A stretch of 64,000 nucleotides of DNA from the human T2T-CHM13v2.0 reference genome, Homo sapiens. The stretch lies in the NCBI RefSeq assembly GCF_009914755.1, contig NC_060929.1; one strand, given 5' to 3'. The translations under genes were made by a program, and so were the position numbers. A model generated the notes under the pieces. That model saw nothing but the letters and a program-made list of their open reading frames with translations, was not told the origin of the DNA and did no database searches. Positions 42,703 to 61,107 of this stretch are shown piece after piece (positions within the stretch are counted from its first letter, which is position 1; every line of letters starts with the position of its first letter).

Positions 42703-44496
42703 AGTTTGTGTAAATCAGCATTTTTTTCTTCCATAAGCATTTGAAGAATTAAGAGTGAAATTTATAGGCCTAGAATTCTCTTCATGAGAATGTTAATTAT
42801 AAATTCAATGTCTATAACATTAATAGTTATAGAATTATACAGAGCCTCTATTTCTTGTTGTATTAGTTTGGTTAATCAAAATGGAAAATTTTAACATACC
42901 TTGCTCAAAAACAGAACAAGGAGACAAAAGAAAATCAATAAGGGTACTGAAAACTTCAATAACAGGAATAACCAACTTGTATGTATGTGTGTGTTGCTGG
43001 ACATTATCATTTGTGAGATACATTTATATTGTTGTGTGTAGCTGTGTATCATTCATTGTCATTATATAGTATTTCAGGGTGTGAATGGTCAATTTCTATA
43101 AATGTTCTGCATGTTCAAGAAAAAGCAGTATTCTGACATTGCTTGTTGTTGTGTTCTGTATATGTCCATTAGGTCATCTTTGCTAGTTGTGTTGTTCAAA
43201 TATTCTGCATTCTTTTTTATTCTTTTTGTTTGCTTATTTTATCAGTTACTGAGAAAATTATGTTAAAGTGTTCCACGATGAATAGTGAATTGTTTCTCCT
43301 TGGATTTTGTCAATTTTTTGTGTCATATGTTTTAAGGCTATTTTATTTTATTAGATTCTTAACCAAATATAAATATGTGATATCTTTCTGCTAAATTGAA
43401 ACTTTTAGCGTTATGTATTATTTACCTCTATTTCTGCTAGTGATAAACTATTATAGTTTTTGTTTGCCTGAAATGTCATTCTTGATAGATATTTTTACAT
43501 GGGTGTAAAATTCAAGATTGGCATTTATTTCATTTTGGTACATTAAAGTTACCTCCTCAATATCTTCTGGGTTCCACTGTTGTCTCATTGTGCTGCTTCA
43601 TCAGTAATTTATTATCTTTCTTCCAATTTTACTAATTTTGTCTTCTTGTGTGTCCAACATGCTATTAAAAGTATTCCTTGAGTTGTTAATTTTGGTTATT
43701 GTGTTTTTCATTTTAAAAATTATAATTATTACTGATCAAGTCAGCCATGATATTTTTTATAGGTTTCTGTTCCCTGCAATTTTTTTTTTCAAGACAAGTC
43801 TTGCTCCGTCGCTCAGGCGTGATCATAGCTCACTGCAATCTTGAATTCCTGGGCTCAAGTGATTCTCCTACCTTGGCTCCCAAAGTGTTGGGATTTCAGG
43901 CATGAGCCGCTGCTCCTGGCTCCTGCAAATATTCTTAAGCTTGTCATTTATTTATTTAAATATATTAAATCTTCATCTGATAATTCCAGAGTCTGAAGTC
44001 TGCAAGTGTATACCTGCTGTGTGCTGTTTCAGCTGGACAGCTCCATATTTTTATGTGTGCCAACTTTTATTTGACTTTTGATGGTCCATATCCTGAAAAT
44101 GATATTTGCCAGGATATCCTGAGATCTTGGATGGAAATACCTTTCTTCATGATAGATTTTTATACACCTTCCAGTGAGTGAATACTACTGCTAGTAAACC
44201 ACTTTAAATCAAGTTCAAGACTTGAAGCTCCTTGGCTACTTAAACTACGTATTCTCAGATAAAAATATGCAGGATATCTGGTATCTAGTTACAAGTTTAT
44301 AGGATTAAATTTTCCTTTCCTATTTTCCTTCTGGCCTTTTTGGTGCCAAGTCAAATTCCCCAGCAGTTTTCTGGGCTGGAGAGTAGGTGGGTTTAGTTTT
44401 CACATACTATTACTGGAAAGATTAGTCCTTTGAAGTTCCAGCTTAATGTAGTTTGGAGGCCCCATAAGACTCCCCATCTTGAACATCCTGCTTCTT

Positions 44497-44502
44497 TTTT
44501 TT

Positions 44503-44565
<63 letters not shown>

Positions 44566-44918
44566 CTTTCTTTCTTTCTTTCCTTCCTTCCTTTCTCTTT
44601 CTTTCTTTCTTTTTCTTCTTTCTCTTTTTTTTTTTTTTCAGATGGAGTCTCGCTCTGTTGCCTAGGCTGGAGTGTAGTGACAGGATTTTGGCTCACTGCA
44701 ACCTCCGCCTCCCGGATTCAAGCAATTCTCTGCCTCAGCCTCGGGAGTAGCTGGGATTACAGGCGCCCACCACCACGCCTGGCTAATTTTTTGTATTTTT
44801 AGTAGAGACGAGGTTTCACCATCTTGACCAGGCTGGTCTTGAACTCCTGACCTCGTGATCCATTCGCCTCAGCCTCCCAAAGTGCTGGGATTACAGCCAT
44901 GAGCCATGGTGCCCAGCC
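44497..44918 (-). mobile_element. AluS with an expanded (TTTC)n tail
   Basis: TSD CATCCTGCTTCTT at 44484 and 44919; TTTC array ~44503-44620. Confidence 0.9.
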
Positions 44919-45566
44919 CATCCTGCTTCTTAATTTCTGTCTTCCTACAACTTATGTCCAATTTTATGTCAAGTTCAATATTCTGTTTACCTCTTTGGGC
45001 TTAGCTTTCCTCCACAATTTGTCCTAGCAGTTCCCCATTATCTTATCAGATTTTCAGTGCTTTTAAGATAATTGTTTTAATGTTTTACCCAAGAATATTT
45101 AGTTGATTTCAGTAGGATGACTGCTGTAAATAATTTAGGCTGCCATTACCTGATATTCCCTATCATAGAGTTCTATCACCAGTGACTAGCATCTAAGTAA
45201 CATTGAAATGCTTTTATGTATATCTTAAAATATTTGAATTACTTTTGTTTTGAAAACAATAGTATCTTTACTTTCCCTAAACCTTGATAAGGGATTCATA
45301 TCTCTTATTATCAATTTTGGGAAAAAATAATTCATAAACCTGGTCTATTATGAAATGTTTGCTAATTGAGCCAAGAGAGCACATGCATTCATCTAAAACA
45401 TTCATATAATCAAACTTTATTAAAGGTGATATTTGTGGCTTTACTTGACATAAAACAGCTTCCATATTTCTCTATTCCAGACATTTTATTTAAAATACAT
45501 TTTTGAGCATAAGATATTTAAAATGTGTAGGCAAATAAGATATCCATATCATTAAAAGATATCTAA

Positions 45567-45721
45567 AGCTGGTAATGGTGGCTCATGCCTGTAATCCTAG
45601 CTACTTGGGAGGTCGAGGCACAAGAATCACTTGAACCAGAGGGAGGCGGAGGTTGCAGTTAACGGAGATTGCACCACTGCATTCCAGCCTGGGCGACAGA
45701 TGAGACTCTGTTTAAAAAAAA
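45567..45721 (+). mobile_element. Monomeric or internally deleted Alu
   Basis: Left-arm-like start joined to a right-arm end; TSD AAAAGATATCTAA. Confidence 0.8.
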
Positions 45722-46201
45722 AAAAGATATCTAACAATAAACAAGTAAACTATCAATTATAATACAATCAAATTCAAGCTACAACTGAAATAAATACATG
45801 GTATCTAGGAAACTCAGAGGGGAAGCAACTAACTCAGTATGGTGGGGGGTAGGGGGTTGAGGCAGAAAAATCTTCCCATATAGGATGTCACATATAATTA
45901 TAGTGTTTATATTTGCCAATTGTAAAAAAAAAATGGCAAAAGAGATCTCATTCAGAAAAGCAATAAGCACAAAAGTTTTAGGAATAACTTTAATGAGAAA
46001 TATGAAGTAAAAGTATGAAATTTTGTTGAAAAATATTTTAAAATCTTGTATAAATGAGATGGCATAATGTATTTTTAGGCAGAATATTACAAAGGCATGT
46101 TTTCCACAAACTAGTTGGATTTGGCCCTGTGTCAATAAAAATTCCAGTAAGATGATTATTTTGCTTTAGCATGACAACTTTTTTCCTAAAATTTATCTCT
46201 A

Positions 46202-46665
<464 letters not shown>

Positions 46666-47489
46666 TCATTAAAATATACAGGTAAGAAATTATGGATATT
46701 TAAATTCAGACTAGAGGCAAGGGCTTTAATATGATATAAAGGATAGAATTGATAAGGCTAAATGTGGGAGATACAGTAAAATAATAAATAGATGCTATCA
46801 AGGTTCATGGAAATGTTGAGTTCAGTATGCAAAATGTCATGTAAATAGACGTAGACAATAATCAGTTTAATTTGTTGATCTGAGTGGGGCTGAATTCTAA
46901 ATATAGACTTTGATTCATCTGCATAAGGAAGCTGGATTATGGATAAAACCATCTATGAACAATGTATAAAGTGTGAAAAAAAGGGATAAGGTCAAAATAT
47001 TGTGGAACACATTTAAAGGTCTGAGAGAATGAAAGTCCACAGTCTAAAAGCAGTAGGAGATGTAGGAAAAAAACTAGGAAGTGGTCCTTTATGCAAAGCA
47101 AAAGAGGAAAGTTTGAAGAAAATGAGTTGATTGAAGTTGTAAGATGTCACAGAAGTCAAGAAGAGGTCTCTGAAGTGTTCATTGGACTGGTCATTATGAT
47201 GTCATGAGCACTTTAGCATGAGCAGCTTTAGAAGTGTGGTTATAGGAGAAGCAGTGAATTAAAGAGTTAAAGTAATTAAGAAAACAGAGACAGAACTACT
47301 GAGTACCCCCCAAAAGCAATTATCTTCAAAATATGGAAAACCAGATTGGGATACAGAAAGGTTTCTTGTTAAAGATAAAGGAGGCCTGAGTAAGTTTATA
47401 TCTCATGGGAAAATGGTACCAGAGAAGAAAAGGTTGAAGATTAGAAGAGTTGAAAATTAAAGGGCCAAGGCTGGTTTTTTGTTGGTTTG

Positions 47490-47785
47490 TATTGTTTTGT
47501 TTTGTTTTTAAAGAGGGTTTTACTCTGTCGCTCAGGCTGGAGTGCAGTGATGTGATCACTGCTCACTGCAGCCTTGACACCCCGGGCTCAAGCAATCCTC
47601 CTACCTCAGCCTCCTGAGTAGCTGGGATTACAAGCACGTGCCACCACACCTGGCTAATTTTTAATTTTTTATAGAGATGGAGTCTCACTGTGTTATCCAG
47701 GCTGGTCTCGAACTCCTGATCTGAAGTGGTCTGCCTGCCTCGGCCTCCCAAAGTGCTGGGATTACAGGTATGAGGCACTGGACTG
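47490..47785 (-). mobile_element. AluJ
   Basis: Dimeric Alu with J-type features. Confidence 0.85.
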
Positions 47786-47904
47786 AGGCTTCTTAAATGG
47801 TGGCAAGGAACATATTTTGTGCTTTAAATGATTTAAGTATTTAAAGATCATAGTTTTCCTGGCAACTTACTGTAGAGATCACTTCAGAATTTCCCTGGGT
47901 AGAG

Positions 47905-48170
47905 TAGTGTGCTGTAGAAGTATAGTGTTGTAAGCCAGTGTGGATTGGGAGTCCATACCCCTTATTTATCTATTCTGTGTATCCTATTAATAACAGTAAT
48001 TATCAGGTTATTTTGCCTTTGAACACGTTAGTAAGTCTGAGCATTTACATGGAAAAAATGCTGGGTTTATTCCTCCTGTTATTGTATTTTACAAGTCTGT
48101 CGAGGGTCCACAGTGATCTTTGCCCCATAATTGTAAAATGAGATATTAGAATCATCCTTATTTATCTTAA
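47905..48170 (+). mobile_element. MIR-like SINE remnants
   Basis: gtatagtgttgtaagcc...ttgtaaaatgagat core-like segments; degraded. Confidence 0.35.
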
Positions 48171-48339
48171 CCACCTACTCCACTGTACAGTTCCTATAAT
48201 TCCACAAACATCTCTTTATATTGGTTTATGCCTTCTTTAGATGATTGTGAATAAGAGTATTATCTTAACCTCTCTGGTGGGTCTACTTCTGTAACGGATG
48301 TGGGTCATGAATTATTTTTTACTCAGACATAATTATCTT

Positions 48340-49914
48340 TGGTCTTATATAAAGAAAACCCTACAGACTCCACAAAAACACTCTTGGAACTAATAAACAA
48401 AATAAAGTTGAAAGATAAAAAATCAATGTACAAAAATCAATAGCATTTCTATACACTATTGAACTACCTGAAAAATAAATCAAGAAAACCATGCTATTTA
48501 CAATAGCTATGAGAAAATAAAAATACTTAGGAATAAATTTAACCAAGAGGATGAAAGACCTGCAAGTTGAAAACTTTAAAACATTGATGAAAGAAATTGA
48601 AGAAGACACAAATAAATGGAAATATATTTTATGTTCATAGCTTGGAAAAATTAATACTGTTTAAAATGTCCATATTACCCAAAGCAATATACAAATTCAA
48701 TACAATTCGTATCAAAATTTCAATGAATTTTTTACAGAAATATAAAAAACTTCCCTAAAATTTGCATGGAACCACAAAACACCCCAAATACCCAAAGCAA
48801 TATTGAGCAAAGTAAATAAATAAATAAAACAAAACATACAAACAAAAAAATAAAGCTGAAGACATCATACTACCTGGCTTCAAAATATACTTCAAAGCTA
48901 TAATAATCAAAACAGCATGGTACTGGCATAAAAGACATGTAGACCAATGGAGCAGAATACAGCTCCCAGAAATAAATCCACACAGTTACTGTCCACTGAT
49001 TTGCAACAAAAGTATCAAGAATATACAATGGAAAAAGGACAGCCTCTTCAATAAATGGTGGTGGGACAATTTGATATCCAGATGCAGAAAAATGAAACTA
49101 GACCCTTATCTCACACTGTATACAAAAGTCAACTCAAAATGGATTAAAGACTTAAACATAGACCTGAAATTGTAAAACTAACAAAGAAAACACAGTGGGA
49201 AAGATGAAAGATCAATAACACTGATCTGAGCAATGATGTTTTTTATATGACCCTGAAAGCACAGGCAATAAAAGCAAAAATAGACTAATGGATTGCATCA
49301 GACTAAAAAGCTCCTGCACAGCAAAGAAAACAAGAGTGAAGGGACAATCCACAGAATGGGAGAAAATATTTGCAAACCATAGATCTGATAAGGAGTTAAC
49401 ATACCAAATATATAAGGAACTCAAACAACTCAATAGTAAGAAAACAAATAACACGATTTAAAAGATGGGTAAAGGATGTGAATAGACATTTCTCAAAAGA
49501 AAGCACACAAATGACCAACAGGTATACTAAAAAATGCTCAACATCATGAATCATCAGAAAAATGCGAATTAAAACCCCAATGAGATATCACCTCACACCT
49601 GGTAGAATGGCTATTATTGAAAGAGGAAAGATAACAAGTGATGGAGAGGATGTGGAGAAAAGGGAACTCTTGCACACGGTTGGTAGGAATGTAAATTAGT
49701 ACAATCATAGAAAACAATATGGAGGTTACTCAAAAATTGAGACTAAAACAACTATCCAGCAATCCCACTACTGGGTATATATCCAAAGGAAATGAAATCA
49801 GTATGTCAAAGACCTATCCGCACTCCCATGTTCATTGCAGCATTATTCATGATAGTTCAGATATAGAATCAACTTAAGTGTTCATAGTGGATGAATAGAT
49901 AAAGAAAATGTGAA

Positions 49915-49947
<33 letters not shown>

Positions 49948-50445
49948 ATGGAATACTCATCAGCCATTAGAAAGAATGAAATCCTGTCATTCGTGACAAT
50001 ATGGATGAATCTGGAGGACATTATGTTTAGTTAAATAAGCCAGGCACAGAAAGACAAATACTGCATGATCTCATTCATGTGGAATGTAAAAAAGCTGATC
50101 TTATAGAAGCAGAGAGTATAACAGTGATTACCAGAGATGGATAGGGCAGTAGTAAGGAGGAGAGATTGAGGAGAGGTTGGTCAATGGGTACAAAGTTACA
50201 ATTAGATAGGAAGAATAAGTTCTGGTGTTTTATTGAACAGTAGAGTGTAGTTAAGAATAATGTATATTTCAAAATATTATAGAATAGAGGATTTTGAGTG
50301 TTCTAACTTCAAAGAAATGATAAATGTTTGAGGTAATGGATATACTAATTACCCTGATTTGATCATTACACAGTGTATATATGTATTGAAACATCAGACT
50401 GTAGCCCATAAATAGGTACGTGTCAATTAAAATAATAAAAATAGT
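48340..50445 (+). mobile_element. L1MA-type LINE-1 3' 2.1 kb (sense orientation) containing (AT)n
   Basis: ORF2 C-terminal and 3' UTR sequence (taccctgatttgatcattacac) ending in an A-rich tail. Confidence 0.82.
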
Positions 50446-50559
50446 AAAATGTATAGTTACTTCCACGGGGTAGAAAATGTGGTATATATTCATGGTATAC
50501 TACACAGCCTTAAAAAAAGAAAATCCTGTCATTTATGACAGGAAAAAAAAATAAGATAA

Positions 50560-53500
50560 TCCAATGTACCATTTGTTGAAAATACTTGTTCTTTTTATTG
50601 CATTATCTTGACATCTTTGTAAAAAGTCGGTTGACCATAAATGTGTGGGCTTAATTCTGGACTCTATTTCACTCCTTTGATCTATATGTTTATCCTTTCA
50701 CTAAAAGTAGACTGTCTTGATATTGTAGCTTTATAAATTTGAAAATCAGCTGTGAAATCCTCCAACCTTGTTCTACTTGTAAACATTGTTTTGGCTATTA
50801 TAGGTCATTTAAATTTTCATATAAATTTTAGAATCAACTTTTCAATTTCTACAAAGAATTCCGCTGGGATTTATATTGGGAATGTTTTTAACATTTAGAT
50901 CAATTTAGGGAAGATTTGGTATCTTAACAATATTGAGTCATCAGATCGTATGAACATATATACCTCCATTTACTTGGGTCTTTAAAAAATTGTCTCAGCA
51001 TGTTCTGTAGTTTTAAGTATTGAGGTTTCAAAAGTTTTTTGTAATACCTATTCTTATGTATTTTATGGTTTAAAAAATTCTATTGTAAATGGATTTTAAA
51101 CAGACTTTTAATTTGCAGAGACTATTTCTTCCTTTCCAATATTAATATTTGTTTATTTATTTTGTCATTATAATGGCTAGGACTTCCAGGACAATATAAA
51201 CAGAAGTGGTGAGAGCAGACATTCTTGCCTTAACCCTGATCTTATGAGAAAAGTGTTCCATATTTTACAATTAAGTATGTGCTACTCATAGGTTTTTCCC
51301 AAATACTTTATTAAATTGAGGAAGTACCCTTTTCTTTCTGGTTTGCTCAGAGTTTTATCATGATTCATTGTTGAATTTCATCAATTTTCTTTTAATCTAT
51401 TGATATGAGCATATGATTTTTCTTCGTTTTACTAATATGTTGGATTACACTAATTGATTTTTGAATGTTGGAAAAAACCTTCCATTCCTAGGGTAAATCC
51501 CACTTAGTCATGATATATTATCTTTTCAAACATTGTTAGATTTAACTTGTATTTTAGTAAATATTTTTACATCTGTGTTCATGTAGAATATCTGTAAATA
51601 ATTTTGTAAAGAATATCTTTTCTTCTTGAGGGATAATGTTTTCATTAGGTTTTAGTATTTCTAACCTAATAAAATGACTTAGGAGGTGTTCCTTCCTCTA
51701 TTTTCTGAAAGGTTGTGTAATATTGGTGTTATTTCTTCCTTCAGTGAAACATTCTGTGCCAGGGATTTTCTTTTAGGGAAAGTTTCTGATAATAAATTCA
51801 ATTTCTTTCATAGACTTTCTATTAAAAATGTTAACACTATTTATATTTTATTTCATGCTCTGTCAATTTTGTTAAGTTGTATTTTTTAAAGGATTTGTCA
51901 GTTTCATTCAATTTATCATATTTTTGGCACAAAGTTGTTAATAATATTCTCTCATCTTTTAACGTCTGTATAATCTGTAGTGATAACATCTTTTTCATTT
52001 TTGATATTGGTGATTTGTGTTCTATCCTCTTTTTTATCAATAAGTCTAGCTGAGAATTTATCAATTTTGTTGATTTTTTTCGAATAGCCAGCTTTTGGCT
52101 TTGTTGATATATTTTCTATTGTTTGGTTTCTATTTCATTAATTTCTGCTTTTGTCTGTATTATTTGCCTTCTTATATTACTTCGGGTTTACTTTGCTCTC
52201 TTTTAGATTTTAAGTGGATTCTTAGGTAACTGATTAGGTAACTGACATTTCTTCTAATATAAAAAAAATTAAAGCCACGAATTTATTAGTATGAACTGCT
52301 TTATTTGCATTTTACTAATTTTTATATGTGATGTTTTTATTTTTATTCATTTAAAAGTATGTTCTAATTTCCATTATGATTTAACTCTTTCACCCATTTA
52401 TTACTTAGGAGTGTGATCAAGTTTACAAATATTTTTGGTTTTCCTAGCTATCTTGTTGCTTTTGATTTCTAATCTAATTCTCTTTTGGTCAGAGAACATA
52501 CTCTGCATGATTTCAGTCTTTTAAAAATCTGTTTAGACTTGTTCTGTGGCCCAGCAACAGTCTATCTTGATGAACATATCACGTGCACTTGAAAAGAATG
52601 TATATTCTGTAATTGTTGGGTGTAATGATTTATAAATATAAATTATTGTTATCCAGATTTTCTGTGTCTTTATTTTTTTGTCTAGTTGTCCTATCAATTG
52701 CTCAGAGAGCAGTGTTAAAAATCACCTATCATCATTGTGTTTATCTCTTTGTGCCCATTTTTGCTTCATGTAATTTGAAGCCCTGTTATTAGGCACACAC
52801 ATTGATGATTATTATAATTTCCTGATTTATTGATCCTTTTATCTTCATAAAATATCGATTTGTTGCTGGTCATACTTTTTTTCTTGTAGTAGCTTTTGTG
52901 TGATATTAATGTGGCCATTCTAGTCTCATGTTTTCTGTTTTCATGGCATATTGCTTTTTGTTCATTTTACTTTTGTTTCTTTAAAGTATGCCCTTGTAGA
53001 AGCGTATTGTTGGATCTTGCTGTTTTACCCATTTTGATAATATCTGCTTTTTAACTGAAGTGCTTAGCCCATTCACATTAGTGTAATATTTGATATGTTT
53101 AGATTTGTGTCCTTCAATACATTATTTGCTTTCTATTTGTCCCCTCTGATTTTGTTCTTCTGTTTCCGCTTATCTGTTGTCTTTTGAATTATTTGGGTAT
53201 TCCTCAGAATCTCTTTTAATTTTTAGATATAACTATTTTTAGATTTTTTTTAATTTGCATTTTTTAGTGGTTGCTGTAAGGATTACAGCATACATACTTA
53301 ACTTTTCTCAGTCCACTTAATAGTGTACAACCTTCATAAAATATAGAAAAGTTACAACCATATAAGACTATTTAGCTCTTCCTGTGCCATTGCTTATGCT
53401 ATAGTTTTCATTTGTATTAAATCTCATACAATACAAAACCCACAAGACACAGTTATAATTTTTGTTTAAGCAGTTATTATGTACTTTAGAGAATTAAGAA

Positions 53501-54645
53501 GGAAAAAAATAGTCATTTCTGTTTACCTAGTCATTTACCATTTCTAGTGCCATTAATTTGTTCCTAAAGAGCTGAGTTTATCCATAATGTCTTTTTGCTT
53601 CAACCTGAAAAACTTTATTTAGCAGTTTTTGTAATGCATATATGCTGCAGTGATTTATCTTAGTTTTCCTTTATCTGAAGATCTATTTATCTTCCATTTG
53701 AATGATATAGAATTCTGGGGGATTGACAGATTTTATTTTCTTCCATGTAAAAAAAATGTTATTCTACTGTCTTCTAATGCTCATAGTTTCTGATGAGAAG
53801 TGTGTAGTCATTTAAGTCATTATTCCCTGTGTGCGATATGATTGTTTTTGTTGCTCTTGCATGGCTGGGGGGACACTTATTTTAAGGTTTTCTACTTACC
53901 TTTGGTTTAGAAGTTTGACTATGATGTGCTTATTTATGCTTTTCTTTATTTTTATCCTGTTTATGGTTGGCTGAGTTTATCAAACATGTACATGTATATT
54001 GTTAACCAAATTTGACAAATTTTTGTTCCTTATATCCTTAAATTTTTTAATCCTAATTTCTCTCTATCCTTTCTGGACTCCAATTACATACATATGGTAC
54101 TTTTTAAATATTGTCTGGTTTTACCATAGTAGGGTTAAAGTTTGGTCCTTTAAGACTATACATTTCTTTCATATTCTTGTATATTCTATATTGTTCAATA
54201 GGTCTCTGAGATTTATTTTATTTTTATTTTATTTCAGTTCTTTTTCTTTTCTTCAGATTGGATCATTTCTATTGATCTATTTTCAGATTCATTGACTTTT
54301 GCCTCTTTTAGCTCCATTTTTCCCAAGATCAGGCAGTGAGTTTTAATTTCAAATATTATATTTTTATTGCTAAAATTTCCATTGGCTTTTTTATATTTTC
54401 CTTTTTTTCTGATAAGATTTCCTTTATTTTCATTCCTTACCAATAAGTTTTCCTTTATCTTATTGAATATATAGTAGCTACTTTAAAGTCATTGTCCGCT
54501 AATTCCCACATCTGTGTCATCTCAGGTTTGGATTCTTGATGGTCTTTACCTTTAGGAATGCATCACATTTTTCTGGTATTCTATGTTAGGTAATTTTGGA
54601 TTATATCTTGATATTATTAATGTGTTATTCTTGAGATTCATCATT
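50560..54645 (-). mobile_element. Old L1M (MC/ME-type) fragments
   Basis: T-rich degraded ORF2-like sequence; boundaries approximate. Confidence 0.55.
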
Positions 54646-54650
54646 CTGTT

Positions 54651-56444
54651 TGTATTAGTCCATTATTGCACTGTTATAAAGAAACACCCAAGACTCAGTA
54701 ATTTATAAAGAAAAGAGGTTTAATTGGCTCACAGTTCCACAGGCTGTAGGAAGCATGATGCCGGCCATCTGCTTGGCTTCTGGGGAGCCTTCAAGAATCA
54801 TGGTGGAAGGCAAAAGGAAAGCGGCTCATCTTACATGGCCGGTGCAGGAGCAAGGGAGGGGGGGATGTGCTACGCACTTTTAAACAACCAGATTTCACGA
54901 GATCTCTCTCACTGTTATGAGAATAGCACCAAGGGGGAAACCTGCCCCATGATCTAATCACCTCCCACCAGGGCCTGCCTACAAAATTGGGGATTACAAT
55001 GTGACATGAGCTTTGGGCGGGGACACAGATCCAAACCATGTCATTCTGCCACTGCCCTCACCCTCCACGAAATCTCATGACGTTCTTACATTGCAAAATA
55101 CAATTATCCCTTCCCAATGGTCCCTCAAAGTCTGAACTCATTCCAGCATTAAGCCAAAAGTCCAAAGTCCAAAGTCTCATCTGAGACAAGGCAACTCTCT
55201 TCTGCCTATGAGCCTGTAAAATAAAAAACAAGTTAGTTACTCCCAAGATACAGTGCGGGTACAGGCATTGGGTAAATACTCCTGTTCCAAAAGGGAAAAA
55301 CCAGCCAAAAGAAAGAATTATAGGCCCCATGCAAGTCCGAAATCCAGTAGGGCAGTTATTAAATCTTAAAGCTCCAAATAATCTTCATTGACTCCATGTC
55401 TCACATCCAGGGCACACTCGTGTGAGGGGTGGGCTCCCAAGGCCTTGGGAAGCTCCACTCCTGTGGCTTTGTGGGGTTCAGTTCCTGCAGCTGCTCTCAT
55501 GGGTTGGTGTTGAATGCCTGCAGCTTTTCCAGGCACAGTGTGCAAGCTGCTTAGAACTGCTGGTGGATTCCCATTTTGGGGTCTTGAGGGTGGTGGCCCT
55601 CTTCTCACAGCCATTGCACTCCAGCCTGGGCAACAAGAGTGAAACTCCATCTCAAAAAAAAAAAAAGAAAGAAAGAAATTTCCTCTGCCAGATACCCTAA
55701 ACTCATCATTCTCAAATTTAATGTTCCGCAGATTCCTACAGCACAGGCATAATACAGCCAGGCTCTTTGCTAAAGCATAAGGAAAGTGACCTTTGCTCCA
55801 GTCCTCAGTAAGTTCCTCATCTCCATCTGAGACCTCCTCAGCCTGGACTTCTTTGTCCATTTCACTATCAGCACTTCGGTCCCAATCATTCAAGTAGTCT
55901 CTAGGAAGTTCTAAGCTCTCCCTCATCTTCCCTCCACACTATTCCAACCTGTGCCTGGTTACCCAGTTCCAAAGTCACTTTCACATTTTCAGGATCTTTA
56001 TAGCAATATCCCACTCTCAGTATCAATTTTCTGTACTAGTCTTTTCTCACACTGCTATAAAAACACCTGAGACTGGATAATTTAGAAAGAAAAGAGGTTT
56101 AACTGGCTCGCAGTTCTGCAGGCTGTACAGGAAGCATGATGCTGGCCATCTGCTTGTCTTCTGGGGAGGCCTCAGGAAACTTACAATCATGGTGGAAGGC
56201 AAAGGGGAATCAAGCTCATCTTACATGGCATGAGCAGGAGCAGGAGCAAGAGAGAGAGAAGGGGGAAGTGATAAACACTTTTAAACAACAAGATCTCATG
56301 AGAACTCTCTCACTATTATGAGAACAACATTAAGGGGGAAATCCACCCCCATGATCCAATCACCTCTCACAGGCCCCATCTCCAACATTGGGGATTACAA
56401 TTTGACATGAGATTTGGGCAGGGACACAGATCTAAACCGTATCA
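54651..56444 (-). mobile_element. MST (MaLR) provirus: LTR 54651-55043, internal 55044-56031, LTR 56032-56444
   Basis: Two related LTRs (tgta.tagtcc...gggacacagatc.aaacc..tca); perfect TSD CTGTT; MST-internal sequence between them. Confidence 0.88.
55610..55673 (+). mobile_element. Alu 3' fragment (Sq/Sp-like) without TSD
   Basis: gccattgcactccagcctgggcaacaagagtgaaactccatctc followed by an A tail. Confidence 0.85.
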
Positions 56445-57085
56445 CTGTTATATTTCTATGAAGGGTGTTGACATTTTTGTTTTAGTAGAGAATAAACTTG
56501 ATTAGACTAAAAATGCAAAATCTTTCTTGCTTCTGCTTGGTAGCAGTTCAAACTTCAGTTTAGTTCTTTTAGCTTTAGCCTTTGCTCTTTATATGTGATT
56601 CAGGGACGGCAGAGATGTGGGAAGAATTTGATCATAGAATTTAGGGCTCACCTTCTTTTGTTCTGTGCACTCAAGGATTCTCTACCCCTCTCAGTTGTGG
56701 ATTACAGTGCTGTTGCTCCTGGCTCCTCCCCTTTGTCCTTAAGCTGGAGAAACTAGGGATTATCTGTCAGAGTTTTAACTTCCTCATGCTGTGTCACAAC
56801 CTTGATCAGCTATTAGGCCAAAGCAACAAAAACAGGAAACTCACTTCATGCTGATTCTTTTCTCCAAGTTTTAGTGCCCTGCTCTCCCAAAACTGCCTCC
56901 TTTTGTTTATTCCCCAGAGTCCTTAGATATTTGCTTTATGTATTTTGGCCAGAAGCTATAGTTGTTATCTCTGGAAGGGTCTGTTTATTATGAGCTTACT
57001 TTGATCTACTAGACTGAGCTTCAGACATTGTGTTTTGAAATTTTTGCTTAACATTACATTTATCCAAGAATTAAATTTAATATTT

Positions 57086-60133
<3,048 letters not shown>

Positions 60134-60570
60134 AATTTAATATTTTTAAATCTTGGGTTAAATGGTTGAATGAATGTGTGAAAAGTTAGATATCAATGAA
60201 TGAATATTCTTAAATGTATAAACTTTAATCTTGCTGGATATAGGATAAAATTTACATTAAAACACTGTAATTAGTCAATTTAAGTAAAATAAATTCAAGG
60301 AAGTGGTCTGAATTTCTCAGTGAGCATTTAGATATTTATGGGAGTCATATAAAATAATTTATAAATGTGACTGAGGGCTTTTTATTAAGGAAAATGAAAT
60401 ATTGCTATGGACATGATTCTGTGTGTTTCTTTACTACACTATGAACTAAAAATTTTGGAGACAAATCTAAGTATATAAATTGGTTTATTGATGACCGATT
60501 GGGAATATAAATAGGCACAAAAATTTGGCGAAGCATTTTGGCATGTCTACCTAAAATTTAAATATGTAAG

Positions 60571-60879
60571 CACTAGTCCCCCCTTACCTGCAGTTTCACT
60601 CTGAGCAGTTTCAGAAAATAGGTGAGCACAGTACAGTAAGATATTTTGAGAGAGAGACCACATTCATAAAACTTTTATTATAGTGTATTGTTATAATTGT
60701 CCTAATTTATTATTATTGTTGTTAATCTTTTACTGTGCCTAATTTATAAATCACACTTTATCATAGGTATGTATGTATAGGAAAAAACATAGTATATGTA
60801 GAATTCAGTATTATCCTTGGTTTCAGACATTCAGTGGGGATCTTAGAAAGTATTCTCTGTGGAAAAGGAGGGACTACTG
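60571..60879. mobile_element. MER44-like Tigger-derived MITE
   Basis: TIRs cactagtcccccctt / aaggagggactactg. Confidence 0.75.
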
Positions 60880-61107
60880 TACTTTTAACAAAGCACTTCC
60901 CAGAATAAACACACAGACATATACATGCACACACTTTCAGAAATGCACTTAAATATTCAATCATGGAGTAAAAATTAATTATGAAATATCTAGACAATGA
61001 ACATTATGTAGTTTTTATTAAGAAAGAAGCAGAATTATATATACTGACATGAAAGGATGTTCATTATATATGTTAAGTAAAAACTAAGTTCATCATATAT
61101 GTTAAGT

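Noticed and set aside
44400-44802. K/E/R-rich and F/S/L-rich ORFs
   Set aside because: Translations of the (TTTC)n Alu tail
52223-52246. 12-bp tandem TAGGTAACTGA(T/C) and a similar TACTATGTTGAA x2 at ~5712
   Set aside because: Ordinary slippage micro-duplications inside old L1
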